DNA of 64,000 nt, from the IMG/VR virus record IMGVR_UViG_3300044716_000883, positions 64,001 to 128,000 of that record. One strand, 5' to 3'. This DNA comes from a virus. Of the stretch, positions 1 to 10,800 are shown piece after piece. The position numbers and the translations under genes were made by a program. The notes below the pieces were generated by a model that made no database searches, was not told the origin of the DNA, and saw only the letters and a program-made list of their open reading frames with translations. Numbering within the stretch: position 1 is the stretch's first letter; every line of letters starts with the position of its first letter.

Positions 1-2
1 AA

Positions 3-338
3 TCTGATGAGGAACAAATGTCATTATATGAAAATGATAAGAATATTGAGAGTATGCTGGATGGTAATACATTCATGGATCAATATATTAGGTATATAGA
101 CAAATATCTGTTTAAACTGTTCCCTAAAAAACAAGATGCTCAAACAGCAGATGCTATTGTTGAATTATTCCGCAAACGCGAAACATTAGAAATATTCAAT
201 AAAAAAGCATTATACATTTATATACGCGAAATCACCGACGTATCTACTCCTCAGATTACTAAAATAATTAAAAAACTTAAATTAATATACGTTCAGCTAT
301 ATAATGAATATTACGAGCACGGACATATAAAGATTTAG
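3..338 (+). CDS. C-terminal part of a conserved phage protein, possibly a late-transcription sigma-factor-like protein (5' truncated)
   Basis: The frame is open to the window edge upstream of the ATG at 18. The helical C-terminus (IFNKKALYIYIRE..TPQITKIIKKL) resembles, from memory, sigma-like proteins that precede baseplate clusters in large phages. Confidence 0.3.
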   Translation, partial: SDEEQMSLYENDKNIESMLDGNTFMDQYIRYIDKYLFKLFPKKQDAQTADAIVELFRKRETLEIFNKKALYIYIREITDVSTPQITKIIKKLKLIYVQLYNEYYEHGHIKI

Positions 339-344
339 TTATTT

Positions 345-352
345 ATATTTAT
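345..352 (+). promoter_or_regulatory. ATATTTAT motif, candidate phage late promoter (first of at least 19 intergenic copies)
   Basis: Exact copies at 345, 3170, 6425, 12320, 17764, 20301, 23708, 26504, 27703, 28680, 34378, 36193, 36553, 38152, 40059, 44066, 47198, 47905 and 52717. All lie at gene boundaries, mostly just upstream of structural or head-cargo genes. Confidence 0.6.
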
Positions 353-366
353 TGATAAACGCATTT

Positions 367-750
367 ATGGCAAATTTTGATGACGTGACAGTATTCGGTA
401 GCACGTCTCTATCGGATCTGTTCAAACAAATACACAAGAATAATAAAGACATCGACAAACAAATCGGTGATTTTATTGATACTATGAAACCAATGGCGAC
501 AGCTAACGCGGGTTCTGCAACAATGTTAATGCCTACTGTCAAGGATTTAATTGATGTTAACGTAAAAAATAACGAACAGCTAATTAAAATGGCAGCTATT
601 GCGCAACGTGCAGCAACTGTTAGTAATAATTCGAATAACGAGCTTATTGATATGAGTGAGATTGAAGCTTTGTTGGCTGAACAGAAAGAAGTTCAAGAAC
701 AAGGAAAAAAACTATTAGAACAAGCACCTGTTGTTGCAATAAATAACTAA
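367..750 (+). CDS. Hypothetical helical protein
   Basis: ORF. The ATG at 367 follows the ATATTTAT motif, so the ORF-track start at 352 is unlikely. Confidence 0.6.
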   Translation: MANFDDVTVFGSTSLSDLFKQIHKNNKDIDKQIGDFIDTMKPMATANAGSATMLMPTVKDLIDVNVKNNEQLIKMAAIAQRAATVSNNSNNELIDMSEIEALLAEQKEVQEQGKKLLEQAPVVAINN

Positions 751-751
751 T

Positions 752-1921
752 ATGAAGTATACTATTGGATCAGCAAACTCTTTTAAAGGATTTGGAAATA
801 ATAATTTCTCAAATATTCCACCTCCAACTACTGGTAGAGTATATGGTGTTGTTACAACTAAAGATACACCTACAAAAGCAATGTTTGAAAAAGTAGGTGG
901 ATTTAATGCTATTGGTACTGTTTTTTATCTTAGTTACAATGAATCAATTGGTATTGCTGGACGTACAGATGATGCTTTTTTAGATGATTGTAATATTGCT
1001 AAACCATTATCATCTCAAATAGCAAATTATCCTGTATTAGGTGAATTAGTTAATATTTTAAACTTACCATCCTCAGATACTCAACAATCACCTTCTTCTA
1101 CTTTTCCATACTATACTCTTATAAATTTATGGAATAGTGTTCAACAAAATGCCCAACCAGCAAACTATGATGCTAATTTAGGAGTTACATTTGTTGAAAA
1201 CTCAAACATTAGATCACTACTACCTTTTGAAGGTGATTATATAATACAAGGTAGACAAGGTGGATCTATAAGATTTAGTTCTACAACAAAATTACATAGT
1301 GATTCGAATGAATGGAGTAGCATAGGAAATGAAGATAGCCCTATTACAATAGTAACAAACGGACTTAAATTTGATCCTAAGAAAAATTATTATGTTGAAC
1401 AAATAAATAAAGATGACTCTTCACTTTATCTAACATCAACACAACAATTACCATTACAAACAGATAAAACAGGAGTATTAAATCCACTTACTAATCCTAT
1501 TGATCCATCAAAATACTTTAATTCTCAAGCTATTTTAAATAGTGATAGAATTGTTTTAAATTCTAAGAAGGATGAAGTAATGTTGTTTGCTAAAACAAAT
1601 ATTGAGATAAGTACTAAAAATATTATTAACTTAAATGCTGATGATAGAGTACATCTTAATGGAGGGAAAGTTTTTTTAGGTACTGTAAATAATCAATTGC
1701 CAACTGAAAATATAGTATTGGGTGGTAAATTACACGATTTATTACTTAATCTGATGGATTCACTACATGAATTCGGAACTGGCCTTTCAAGTGTTGTTGG
1801 TAGTCCTGAAGGAACACCAGCTACCGATATAATAACTGCTGCTAGGGGTTTATGTACTTCAATTGATAGAATTGAAAAGGATTTAGAAGGAATTTTATCA
1901 CAACAAAACTTTACAGCGTAA
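752..1921 (+). CDS. Baseplate hub/central spike protein (gp5/VgrG-like OB-fold N-terminus)
   Basis: OB-fold-like motif YPVLGELV; EGDYIIQGRQGGSIRF; beta-repeat C-terminus (QAILNSDRIVLNSKKDEV); position upstream of gp25- and gp6-like genes. Confidence 0.55.
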   Translation: MKYTIGSANSFKGFGNNNFSNIPPPTTGRVYGVVTTKDTPTKAMFEKVGGFNAIGTVFYLSYNESIGIAGRTDDAFLDDCNIAKPLSSQIANYPVLGELVNILNLPSSDTQQSPSSTFPYYTLINLWNSVQQNAQPANYDANLGVTFVENSNIRSLLPFEGDYIIQGRQGGSIRFSSTTKLHSDSNEWSSIGNEDSPITIVTNGLKFDPKKNYYVEQINKDDSSLYLTSTQQLPLQTDKTGVLNPLTNPIDPSKYFNSQAILNSDRIVLNSKKDEVMLFAKTNIEISTKNIINLNADDRVHLNGGKVFLGTVNNQLPTENIVLGGKLHDLLLNLMDSLHEFGTGLSSVVGSPEGTPATDIITAARGLCTSIDRIEKDLEGILSQQNFTA

Positions 1922-3168
1922 TGGCAAATAATTTAAATGTAGGATCTGTAGTTTCTCCTGATGTTTTAAAAACAATATCTGCATCAACAGCAATTAAAAC
2001 TTTTGGTGATCAGTTAAAGGATAAAGCTAAAGAAAAAGTTGTAGCTGTTATTAGAGATAAAGCTGGAGAATTAGCATCTAATCTTGAACAAGTAATTAAA
2101 GATGAATACCAAGCTGGAATTGATCATAATAATGAATTAAAAAGACTAGAAACATTATATCAGCAAGGACAAATTCCTACTAAAGAAGAATATGATAAAG
2201 CTGTTTTAGCAGAAAATGAGGCTTATAAAAAACAACAAGAATCTTTTGATCTTCAAAAGAAAAAAATAAACAAGGATATAAATGATATTAATCTAGATCC
2301 AGAAAAAAAAATAAAAGAAGATAGAAAAAAAAGAAAAGCACAAAGGCAAGAAAAACGAGCAAAAAATAAAGCTAGAGATACTCAAGCAAAAAGAGATCTT
2401 AATAAAAAAGTAATAAAAAATGCTAAAAAAACTTTAGCCCCTATTATAGGATTACAAATCGCTAATCAACTTTCTTCTATTATATCTCAAAGATCAAAAT
2501 TAGAAGAATTAGTAGATCAAGTAAATACTTATATTGATACAGCTAATACTCCTGAAACCACCACTATTGCTACTAATTTAAGAAATAATACTATTACTTT
2601 GATTAATAGCAGTATAGATAAATTACAAAATCTACAAACTATATTAAATCAGATAAATACATATCTAGCTATATTTAATGCTATTGTAACAGTATTATCT
2701 GCCATCCCAATACCAACCTCAGTACCTCCTGGTGTTGGTATTCCCGTTAATATAATTACTAGGATTGTTAATACTATTGAAAAAGCTAATAAATTAGTAT
2801 CTGCATTAAATGTGGTATTGGCTGTTGCTACAATAGCATTGGAAAATGAGGTAAATAAACTAAATGAATTAATACTAAAATTAAAAAATATTAATTTAGA
2901 TGGATTAAATAGTCAACAATTATCTGATCTTACTTCATCTATATATAATAATGTGGATCAATTTCCACCATATAAAGGATTTAAATTTAAAATTAAAGAA
3001 GAACAAAATCAAGCATTTGTTGTTAAAGGCAATAAACGCCGCTACGCAGTTGCGACTAATCGTGACGGTGTAGAGGTTTTAAAAAGCGATTTTTCATTTA
3101 CGCTAGATCCCAATGATCTAGTAGACCAATTGAAACTAATTATTGATCAACGAAATTTACAAGGATAA
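1921..3168 (+). CDS. Hypothetical coiled-coil protein with a K/R-rich segment and hydrophobic helices (baseplate-associated)
   Basis: 415-aa ORF coupled by TAATG; contains YLAIFNAIVTVLSAIPIP hydrophobic stretch. Confidence 0.5.
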   Translation: MANNLNVGSVVSPDVLKTISASTAIKTFGDQLKDKAKEKVVAVIRDKAGELASNLEQVIKDEYQAGIDHNNELKRLETLYQQGQIPTKEEYDKAVLAENEAYKKQQESFDLQKKKINKDINDINLDPEKKIKEDRKKRKAQRQEKRAKNKARDTQAKRDLNKKVIKNAKKTLAPIIGLQIANQLSSIISQRSKLEELVDQVNTYIDTANTPETTTIATNLRNNTITLINSSIDKLQNLQTILNQINTYLAIFNAIVTVLSAIPIPTSVPPGVGIPVNIITRIVNTIEKANKLVSALNVVLAVATIALENEVNKLNELILKLKNINLDGLNSQQLSDLTSSIYNNVDQFPPYKGFKFKIKEEQNQAFVVKGNKRRYAVATNRDGVEVLKSDFSFTLDPNDLVDQLKLIIDQRNLQG

Positions 3169-3181
3169 AATATTTATAATT

Positions 3182-3547
3182 ATGAACACTAAAGCATTTA
3201 AAAGACTAATTAAAGAAGCCGTAATCGATGCTATTCATGAAGAGTTACCATACATTCTTGAAGAGCACATGGCTAAACAAGAGAAAAAATCATTGCGTGA
3301 AAACAGAACAATGAGTTTTACTAGCGCCGATGTAATGACAGGAGCAGGCAACCCAGACGTTAGATCGTCACTTCGTAGTAAAATGGGTGAAGCATTTGGG
3401 TTTCAACAACCACAACAACAGTTAAAAGTAATTGATGCTGTTGATGAAGCTACAGGTGAAAGGGTAAATCCATTCGCTGCGTTTATTGCTGATGCTGCTG
3501 CTAACATGACATCAATGGATAAATCAGGATTAAGAAATTTAGATTAA
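3182..3547 (+). CDS. Hypothetical protein with a head-cargo-like leader (MNTKAFKRLIKE)
   Basis: ATG 5 nt after ATATTTAT; amphipathic leader ending IKE. Confidence 0.55.
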   Translation: MNTKAFKRLIKEAVIDAIHEELPYILEEHMAKQEKKSLRENRTMSFTSADVMTGAGNPDVRSSLRSKMGEAFGFQQPQQQLKVIDAVDEATGERVNPFAAFIADAAANMTSMDKSGLRNLD

Positions 3548-3548
3548 T

Positions 3549-3962
3549 ATGCCACTACCTCAAACAATACGTGTAAATCCGTTAGATTTACGTAAAAATA
3601 TTGCTATTGGGGTATCGCTACCTTTTAAAGGACCTTTTACAAGTACTTTTACTACTAAGGATCAAATTAAATCTAATTTAATCAATCTTTTACTTACTAA
3701 TAAAGGTGAAAGAATAATGAATCCTACTTTTGGATGTGATATAAAAAAACAATTATTTCAAAATATTACTACTGAATTACAACAAAAAATTATAGATATT
3801 ATTGTAGAAGCTGTTAGTATATTCATGCCTGAAATACAAGTTGGATTAATAGAAGTAGTTCCAAATACTGATTATAATCAAATAAATATAACAATATACT
3901 ATAAAATTATAATATCTAACACCCCAGGCCAAGTAACAATTCAATTTGAAACACTTAGATAA
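3549..3962 (+). CDS. gp25: Baseplate wedge protein, gp25/lysozyme-like family
   Basis: QIKSNLINLLLTNKGERIMNPTFGCDI is the gp25-family signature. Confidence 0.85.
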   Translation: MPLPQTIRVNPLDLRKNIAIGVSLPFKGPFTSTFTTKDQIKSNLINLLLTNKGERIMNPTFGCDIKKQLFQNITTELQQKIIDIIVEAVSIFMPEIQVGLIEVVPNTDYNQINITIYYKIIISNTPGQVTIQFETLR

Positions 3963-3964
3963 AA

Positions 3965-5788
3965 ATGACAAACGAAGATAAAAATATATCATATTTAAAT
4001 AAAGATTTTGGTTCCTTTAAAGCAGAATTACAACAATACGCCAAAACTTATTTTCCAACAACTTATAATGACTTTACAGAAGCCACACCAGGTAATATGT
4101 TTATTGAAATGGCATCTTACGTTGGTGATGTTATGTCATTTTATTTAGATACTCAAGTACAAGAAAATTTCTTATTATACGCTAAAGAAAAAGAAAATTT
4201 ATATGCACAAGCATATGTAATGGGTTATCGCCCTAAAGCATCTTATGCTTCAAATACTACTGTTGATATATATCAATTGGTTCCTTCTATTACTAATGGT
4301 GGTGTTACAACTCCGGATTATGCTACTTATGGAATTATAGTCCCAACAAATACATCACTCACCTCAACAACAAACGGAACTAAATTTTTAACTACACAAC
4401 AAGTTGATTTTACAGACACTGGTAGTACTGAAATTACTTTTGTAGACTCTAACTATTATCTACTCAAAAAATCAGTTCCTGCTATATCAGCAGAAATAAA
4501 AGAAACTACAATTAATGTAGGTACAAATCAAAAATTTGCTACTACAACTATTACTGACGATAATATATTACAAATATTAAATGTTACTGGTAGTATGGGT
4601 AATCAGTGGTATGAAGTTCCTTATTTAGCACAATCATCTATTTTTCAACAAATAGCTAATCCATCATACAATACCGATCAGGTTCCCTATTTATTGCAAT
4701 TACAAAGAGCCCCTAGACGTTTTGTTTCTAGAATATTATCAGACAATACCTTACAATTAGAATTTGGAGCTGGTTTATCTATAAATAAAACTGATACTCA
4801 AATAATTCCAACTCCATCTAATATTCAAGCGGGTATTGTACCTGGTATTTCATTATTAACAAATAATTACAATGAAGCTGGTACTTTCTTTACTCAAGAA
4901 TATGGTTTAGTACCTAATGGTGATTTAATAGTAAAGTATTTAGTTGGTGGTGGTATTACATCAAATGTACCTGCTAATGATTTAACTACTATAGATACAA
5001 CAGGTGTAACATTTCCTGGTGGTGGTGGGGCTTTAAATGCTACTGTATTGCAAAGTATAGTATCATCAAATCCAAATCCATCTTCGGGTGGGAGAAATGG
5101 AGATACAGTTGATGAAATTAGACAAAACGCTTTATATGCTTATTCAACTCAATTAAGAGCTGTAACTAAAGATGATTATATAGTAAGAGCAATGTCAATG
5201 CCTGCTGATTATGGTACTGTAGCTAAAGCATATATTTCACAAGATTTAAATACAAATCCTCAAGAAACGGTAGCCTACACAAGTCCCTTTAATCCACTAG
5301 CTTTAGATCTATATATTTTATCATATAATAGTGATAAACAATTAACTACAGCAGTACCAACATTAAAACAAAATTTAGTAACTTATCTTAATCAATATAG
5401 AATGGTTACTGATGCTATTAATATTAAAGATGCATATTATATCAATATTGGACTTAACTTTGATATTATTATATTGAGTGGATATTCTAATAAAGATGTA
5501 ATAACTAATTGTATAACTACATTAAAAGACCATTTTAATACAGATAAATGGCAAATTAACCAACCAATTATCATTTCAGATATTACTTCTAAATTATTAC
5601 AAGTTAAAGGCGTTCAATCTGTAGTTAAGTTAGAAATAACAAACAAACAAGGAGGAAATTATTCTCAATACGGATATGATATTGCTGGGGCTACTAAAAG
5701 TGGAAATATTTACCCTTCATTAGATCCAGCTATATTTGAAATTAGATTCCCTGATGTTGATATACAAGGTAGAGTAGTAGTAAGTTAA
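3965..5788 (+). CDS. gp6: Baseplate wedge subunit (gp6/baseplate J-like)
   Basis: KDFGSFKAELQQYAKTYFP..YNDF..GNMFIEMASYVGD, YLVGGG..SNV, RAVTKDDY; follows the gp25-like gene. Confidence 0.8.
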   Translation: MTNEDKNISYLNKDFGSFKAELQQYAKTYFPTTYNDFTEATPGNMFIEMASYVGDVMSFYLDTQVQENFLLYAKEKENLYAQAYVMGYRPKASYASNTTVDIYQLVPSITNGGVTTPDYATYGIIVPTNTSLTSTTNGTKFLTTQQVDFTDTGSTEITFVDSNYYLLKKSVPAISAEIKETTINVGTNQKFATTTITDDNILQILNVTGSMGNQWYEVPYLAQSSIFQQIANPSYNTDQVPYLLQLQRAPRRFVSRILSDNTLQLEFGAGLSINKTDTQIIPTPSNIQAGIVPGISLLTNNYNEAGTFFTQEYGLVPNGDLIVKYLVGGGITSNVPANDLTTIDTTGVTFPGGGGALNATVLQSIVSSNPNPSSGGRNGDTVDEIRQNALYAYSTQLRAVTKDDYIVRAMSMPADYGTVAKAYISQDLNTNPQETVAYTSPFNPLALDLYILSYNSDKQLTTAVPTLKQNLVTYLNQYRMVTDAINIKDAYYINIGLNFDIIILSGYSNKDVITNCITTLKDHFNTDKWQINQPIIISDITSKLLQVKGVQSVVKLEITNKQGGNYSQYGYDIAGATKSGNIYPSLDPAIFEIRFPDVDIQGRVVVS

Positions 5789-5807
5789 AAATTAAAAATA
5801 ATAAAGT

Positions 5808-6407
5808 ATGAATTTAGACAAATTAAAAGGACATATTCCTGACAAAGTAATTGAACAAATCCCTGGTGTTATAGAAAAATTCCAAATTAACACTCCACTA
5901 CGCTTAGCTCACTTTTTAGCTCAATGTGGTCATGAATCAGGTGGTTTTCGTTTAACAAAAGAAAATTTAAATTACTCAGCTAAAGGTTTAATGGGTATTT
6001 TTAAAAAATATTTCCCAAATGAAGCATTAGCAAATCAATACGCTCGTAAGCCTGAAAAGATTGCTAATAAAGTATATGGTAATAGAATGGGTAATGGCCC
6101 TGAAACATCTGGTGATGGTGCTAAGTACTGCGGCCGTGGTTATATCCAGTTAACTGGTAAAGACAATTATACCGCATTTGGTAAATCAATCAACGAAGAT
6201 ATTGCATCTAACCCAACAGTAGTAGCAGAGAAATATGCTCTATTATCAGCTGCTTGGTTTTTTAGTAAAAATGGTTTACATAAATTAGCTGATGGTGGTG
6301 CAACTGACGCAGTTGTTACACAAATTACTAAACGTGTTAATGGTGGTACTATTGGTTTAGCTGATAGAATCAAACATTTTAAAGAATATCACGCATTGTT
6401 AGCATAA
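5808..6407 (+). CDS. Glycoside hydrolase family 19 endolysin
   Basis: RLAHFLAQCGHESGGF, ENLNYS, GRGYIQLTGKDNY, ITKRVNGG.IGLADR. Confidence 0.9.
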   Translation: MNLDKLKGHIPDKVIEQIPGVIEKFQINTPLRLAHFLAQCGHESGGFRLTKENLNYSAKGLMGIFKKYFPNEALANQYARKPEKIANKVYGNRMGNGPETSGDGAKYCGRGYIQLTGKDNYTAFGKSINEDIASNPTVVAEKYALLSAAWFFSKNGLHKLADGGATDAVVTQITKRVNGGTIGLADRIKHFKEYHALLA

Positions 6408-6450
6408 CAAAATTATATACTGCCATATTTATATGTAGTAATTACTAATT

Positions 6451-7548
6451 ATGGCGGTATATAAAATTTTTCCTGAAAAAAGTGCTACTATATATTCATT
6501 CTACCCAACATTAAACACGGGTATTGATGAAATATTGGAAATTAGTACTTTCGAATCTATAAATGGTACTAATGAAGTATCACGGGTATTAATTAAATTC
6601 CCAACAGATCAAATAAACGATACAATCCAGAATAAAGTATCTGGTAAGACTTATGATGCTTATCTTAAAGGATACTTAGCTAATGCTTCTGAAATTCCTT
6701 TAAATTATACTCTATTTTCCCATCCTGTAGCTGCTAATTGGAATCAAGGCACTGGGAGGTTAAGCAATGTTCCAACAACAACAGACGGAGTAGGTTGGAA
6801 ATACACAGATCAATCAGGAAGTATAGTATGGACTAATGGTACATTTTCTAGTGGCATAACAGGATCTTATACTGGGTCTGATATAGGTGGTGGTACTTGG
6901 TATACCGCTTCATCTTATCAATCAACTCAATCGTTTACTAACATTTCAACTAAAGACATTGAAATGAAAGTAACAAATACTGTAGCTGCATGGTATGGTA
7001 TTGCAATACCTAATCATGGTTTTATTTTAAAACATAGCAGCTCATTAGAATTTACTACTACTTCTAAATTTGAAACTAAATACTTCTCAGCAAATACACA
7101 TACTATTTATCCTCCGTGTCTGGAAATTAGATGGGATGATTTTTCATATAGTACAGGTTCATTAACAGTAGTAACGTCTAGTTATTTTGCCGCTGTTATA
7201 AACAACAACAAAGCAGAATATCAACAAGACTCAATTCAACGTTTTAGAGTTGCTGTTAGGGGATTATATGTTCCAACAGCATTTAGAACTATATTAAGTT
7301 ATGGCAATACACATGCTTTACCTACTTCTTCATATTGGGCAATAAAAGATTTGGATACTGAAGAAATGGTCGTAGATTACGATACATCATATACTAAGAT
7401 CAGTTGTGATAGTGTTAGTAATTATTTTGATGTATACATGAATGGTTTAGAACCAGAACGTTACTATAAATTACTTATTAAAACAATCCTCCCAACTAAG
7501 GAAGTAATAGTAGCTGATAAAGATTATATTTTTAAAGTTGTAAGATAA
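6451..7548 (+). CDS. Putative virion structural protein (beta-rich)
   Basis: S/T/G-rich 365-aa ORF in the baseplate cluster, with ATATTTAT upstream. Confidence 0.5.
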   Translation: MAVYKIFPEKSATIYSFYPTLNTGIDEILEISTFESINGTNEVSRVLIKFPTDQINDTIQNKVSGKTYDAYLKGYLANASEIPLNYTLFSHPVAANWNQGTGRLSNVPTTTDGVGWKYTDQSGSIVWTNGTFSSGITGSYTGSDIGGGTWYTASSYQSTQSFTNISTKDIEMKVTNTVAAWYGIAIPNHGFILKHSSSLEFTTTSKFETKYFSANTHTIYPPCLEIRWDDFSYSTGSLTVVTSSYFAAVINNNKAEYQQDSIQRFRVAVRGLYVPTAFRTILSYGNTHALPTSSYWAIKDLDTEEMVVDYDTSYTKISCDSVSNYFDVYMNGLEPERYYKLLIKTILPTKEVIVADKDYIFKVVR

Positions 7549-7880
7549 TGTCTCAAATACCAGTACAGAAAACTGTATTTAATAAGGATAGTTATGGCAG
7601 AGTAATTGACACTCAATTTAGTCAATTATTAAACCAAACTGTAGAAGAAACTGATACTTTTACAGTGGATGATTTCTTTCAACTGTATGAAGATTTATTT
7701 TATCAAATTCCTAAAGAAGGAGATACTAATTCTCATAGATATATTTTACAACGTGAGGCTGATTATTTAGGTGTTAGTATTAGTCAAGATGATATTCAAG
7801 CATTATTAAATGAAATTACATCATTAAGACAACAAGTACTTGAATCACAACAAACAATAAACGAATTGACTAAGAGATAA
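7548..7880 (+). CDS. Hypothetical protein with C-terminal coiled coil
   Basis: Coupled ORF (TAATG at both ends). Confidence 0.55.
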   Translation: MSQIPVQKTVFNKDSYGRVIDTQFSQLLNQTVEETDTFTVDDFFQLYEDLFYQIPKEGDTNSHRYILQREADYLGVSISQDDIQALLNEITSLRQQVLESQQTINELTKR

Positions 7881-10800
7881 TGGCAGATAATATTAAAATA
7901 GTAGGAAACATATTAAGCGAACAGCAGGTACCTCGTTATGATGCTGCTGATGTTAATTTACTTGCTACTCAAACAATCCAAGAAGATTTTGGTTTAACTA
8001 ATGATTATATTGAATATTTTGTTTATGATGCTGGTGAGAATTTATTAAATACAAATTATACTTATAGAGATTTTAAAGCACCATCTACATCATATGTTAA
8101 TCCAAAAAATAATGGATTACCTATTATTGAGATTGATCCCGTTAAAGATTTACAAAATTTAGGTTATAGATCTGGGGAATTTAGAGTTCAATATAATTTA
8201 TTTACTAATAAAATTTCAAATTCTGATGCTGAATTATTCTTAAAAGAAATATCAGCAGACAGAACTGAATTAAGAGTAGGATCTACTATTTTAACTAATG
8301 AACAAATTGAAAGTGGATCTTTAGAACTTATAAATGAATATACTAATTCTCCTTATTTTGTAGATTATCTTTTAAATTTTAGTAATAATACTCAAGTAGT
8401 AGTAGTAAACGTTGCTCTTAATAAGGTAGAAAGTGGATATGAAATACTATTTAAATTATACCACCCACTCCCAGACAATATTCAAGAAAAAAGTACATTG
8501 TGGGTAGTACAGGAAAAATCAAATCCTTACTCTTTTGATATTAATTTAGATACACTAATAATTCAGGCTCCCGGTCCTAAACTAAGAGGTCCTAATTTTA
8601 ATATTGATATTCCAAACCAAAACAACATTGCTACATCATATCAAAATTATACTAGTTTAGTTAATAGTATTCAAAATGTATCTACATCTTCATATCAACA
8701 ATTATTAAGTCTAATTACATCACAAAGTATTGATATAAATGTAGACTATACTAACTTTACAAATTTTTCATTTTTTGGTTCTGCTAAACAGAGAGTTATT
8801 AATTTTTATGGTAAAGTAAAACAAATAGAAGATTATAATAACCTTATAGTTAGTTACATACCTAATGTTTCTACTATTGGTAATTTAGCTTTAGAAATAT
8901 CATCATCTAAAAACGCAATTAACACCATTATATCTCAGTTTGATGGATATGAACAATACTTATATTTTGAATCAAGTTCATACGCATGGCCCAAAACTAC
9001 TACTACTACTCCTTATGCTTTAGCAACAACAGCATCTGCTCAAACATGGTATAGTGCTCTTACAGGTAGTGCTGAGGTTTATGATGAAAATAACCAAAAT
9101 AATTTATCATTTACTTTACCTTCATTTATTAAAGATGATGAAGATAATGATCCATATATTACATTCCTTAATATGGTTGGTCATTATTTTGATAATATTT
9201 GGATTTTCTTACAAGCAATAACTGATATTAATCTAGCAAATAACAACCTAGAAAAAGGCGTTTCTAAGGATTTAGTATACAATGTACTACAATCATTGGG
9301 AGTAAAATTATACAACCAATACGGCGATTCAAACAATATTAATTTTTTAGTTGGTGTGAGTGGTAGTTCTAATTGGGATAATAACTTTACCTCAACTGGT
9401 TCTTATTTAAATGCAATACCACGTAAGGATTTACTTGCTGAATCTTATAAAAGAATTTATCATAACTTACCTCTATTATTAAAAACAAAAGGTACAGCTT
9501 ATGGTTTACAAACATTAGTTTCTACTTTTGGTATTACTGGTAGTGTATTACAAATAAAAGAATATGGTGGGGATATTAAATCAGGGTTATTAGATGAATT
9601 TAACAATGATAAAATTAGAATTGTATCTAATACCGTTACTGGTAGTGTGTTATCTCCATTTATTAGTTTACAACAGCAACCTACATCATCAACCCAATTT
9701 AGAACAAATGATTTACATTATGTAGATATATCATTTTCACCACAAGATAAAATTGATATATTTACTTCTGCTTCTATAGCTGTAGCATCACCAACTTGGA
9801 GTTTAGATGATTTTATTGGTGACCCTAGATTTCAATATAACCAGATTTATCCTACATTAGAAACTGAGCGTACAATTTATTTATCTCCACTAACGGCCTC
9901 TATAGTACCCTATACTGGTTCTTTAGCTAGTGGATCAATTGGGGCTACTGACTATAATAGCTTTATTCGTTTAATTCAGTTTTTTGATAATTCATTATTT
10001 AAAATGTTGAAAGATTATGTTCCCGCAAGAACAAGTCTATCAACAGGTATTACTATTAGTTCTCCTATTTTAGAGAGAAACAAATGGGTTTTCGCAAATC
10101 CATCTTCTACCTCTGAAATTGAGGTAGAGGATGGTACTATCAATGGTCCTTCTATTCAAACAGAATATACTGATCTTTATCAAGGTATTAATTATGATAA
10201 TAAGGTAGCTTATTATGATGGTAATTTAACTGGAAGTGGAATTAATGTTCATAGTTATTTTGTTAGTGGAAATATAAATCCTTATTTATCCAATATAGCT
10301 GTTTGGAATGCTCAAAATCCAATATCTGAAAGTATTGATTTAAATAAATTTGCTCATTCTGATTATAATGTAATGTTAAATAATGTTTCTAAAAGTTTAA
10401 CATCACGTAATAGACAAGATATTGAATATATTTTTGGTACAACACAAAGCATCATATCACCAGTTGAATTACAAGACTCATACGAATCTTTAAAAACCCA
10501 CCAACTATCAAGATATGATGGTGTTAAAATATCTAGTTTAAAATATAATACTTACACTAGTGCTTCATCAACTTATGAAGGTGATACTTCATTTGGTAAA
10601 ACAGCTACAATAGATAAAAACGTAGTTAAATTAGGTCTATTTTCTGAAATAACAGAAAATGTATATTTACCAAAACGTAACAATGCTATATTAAAATATT
10701 TAGTGGATATTGATGGTAATTTAACTGAACTTAACCTTCGCAATACACATTGGGAAGAAATTCAAAATACCTTTATAGCAGGAGATACAGGAAGTATATC

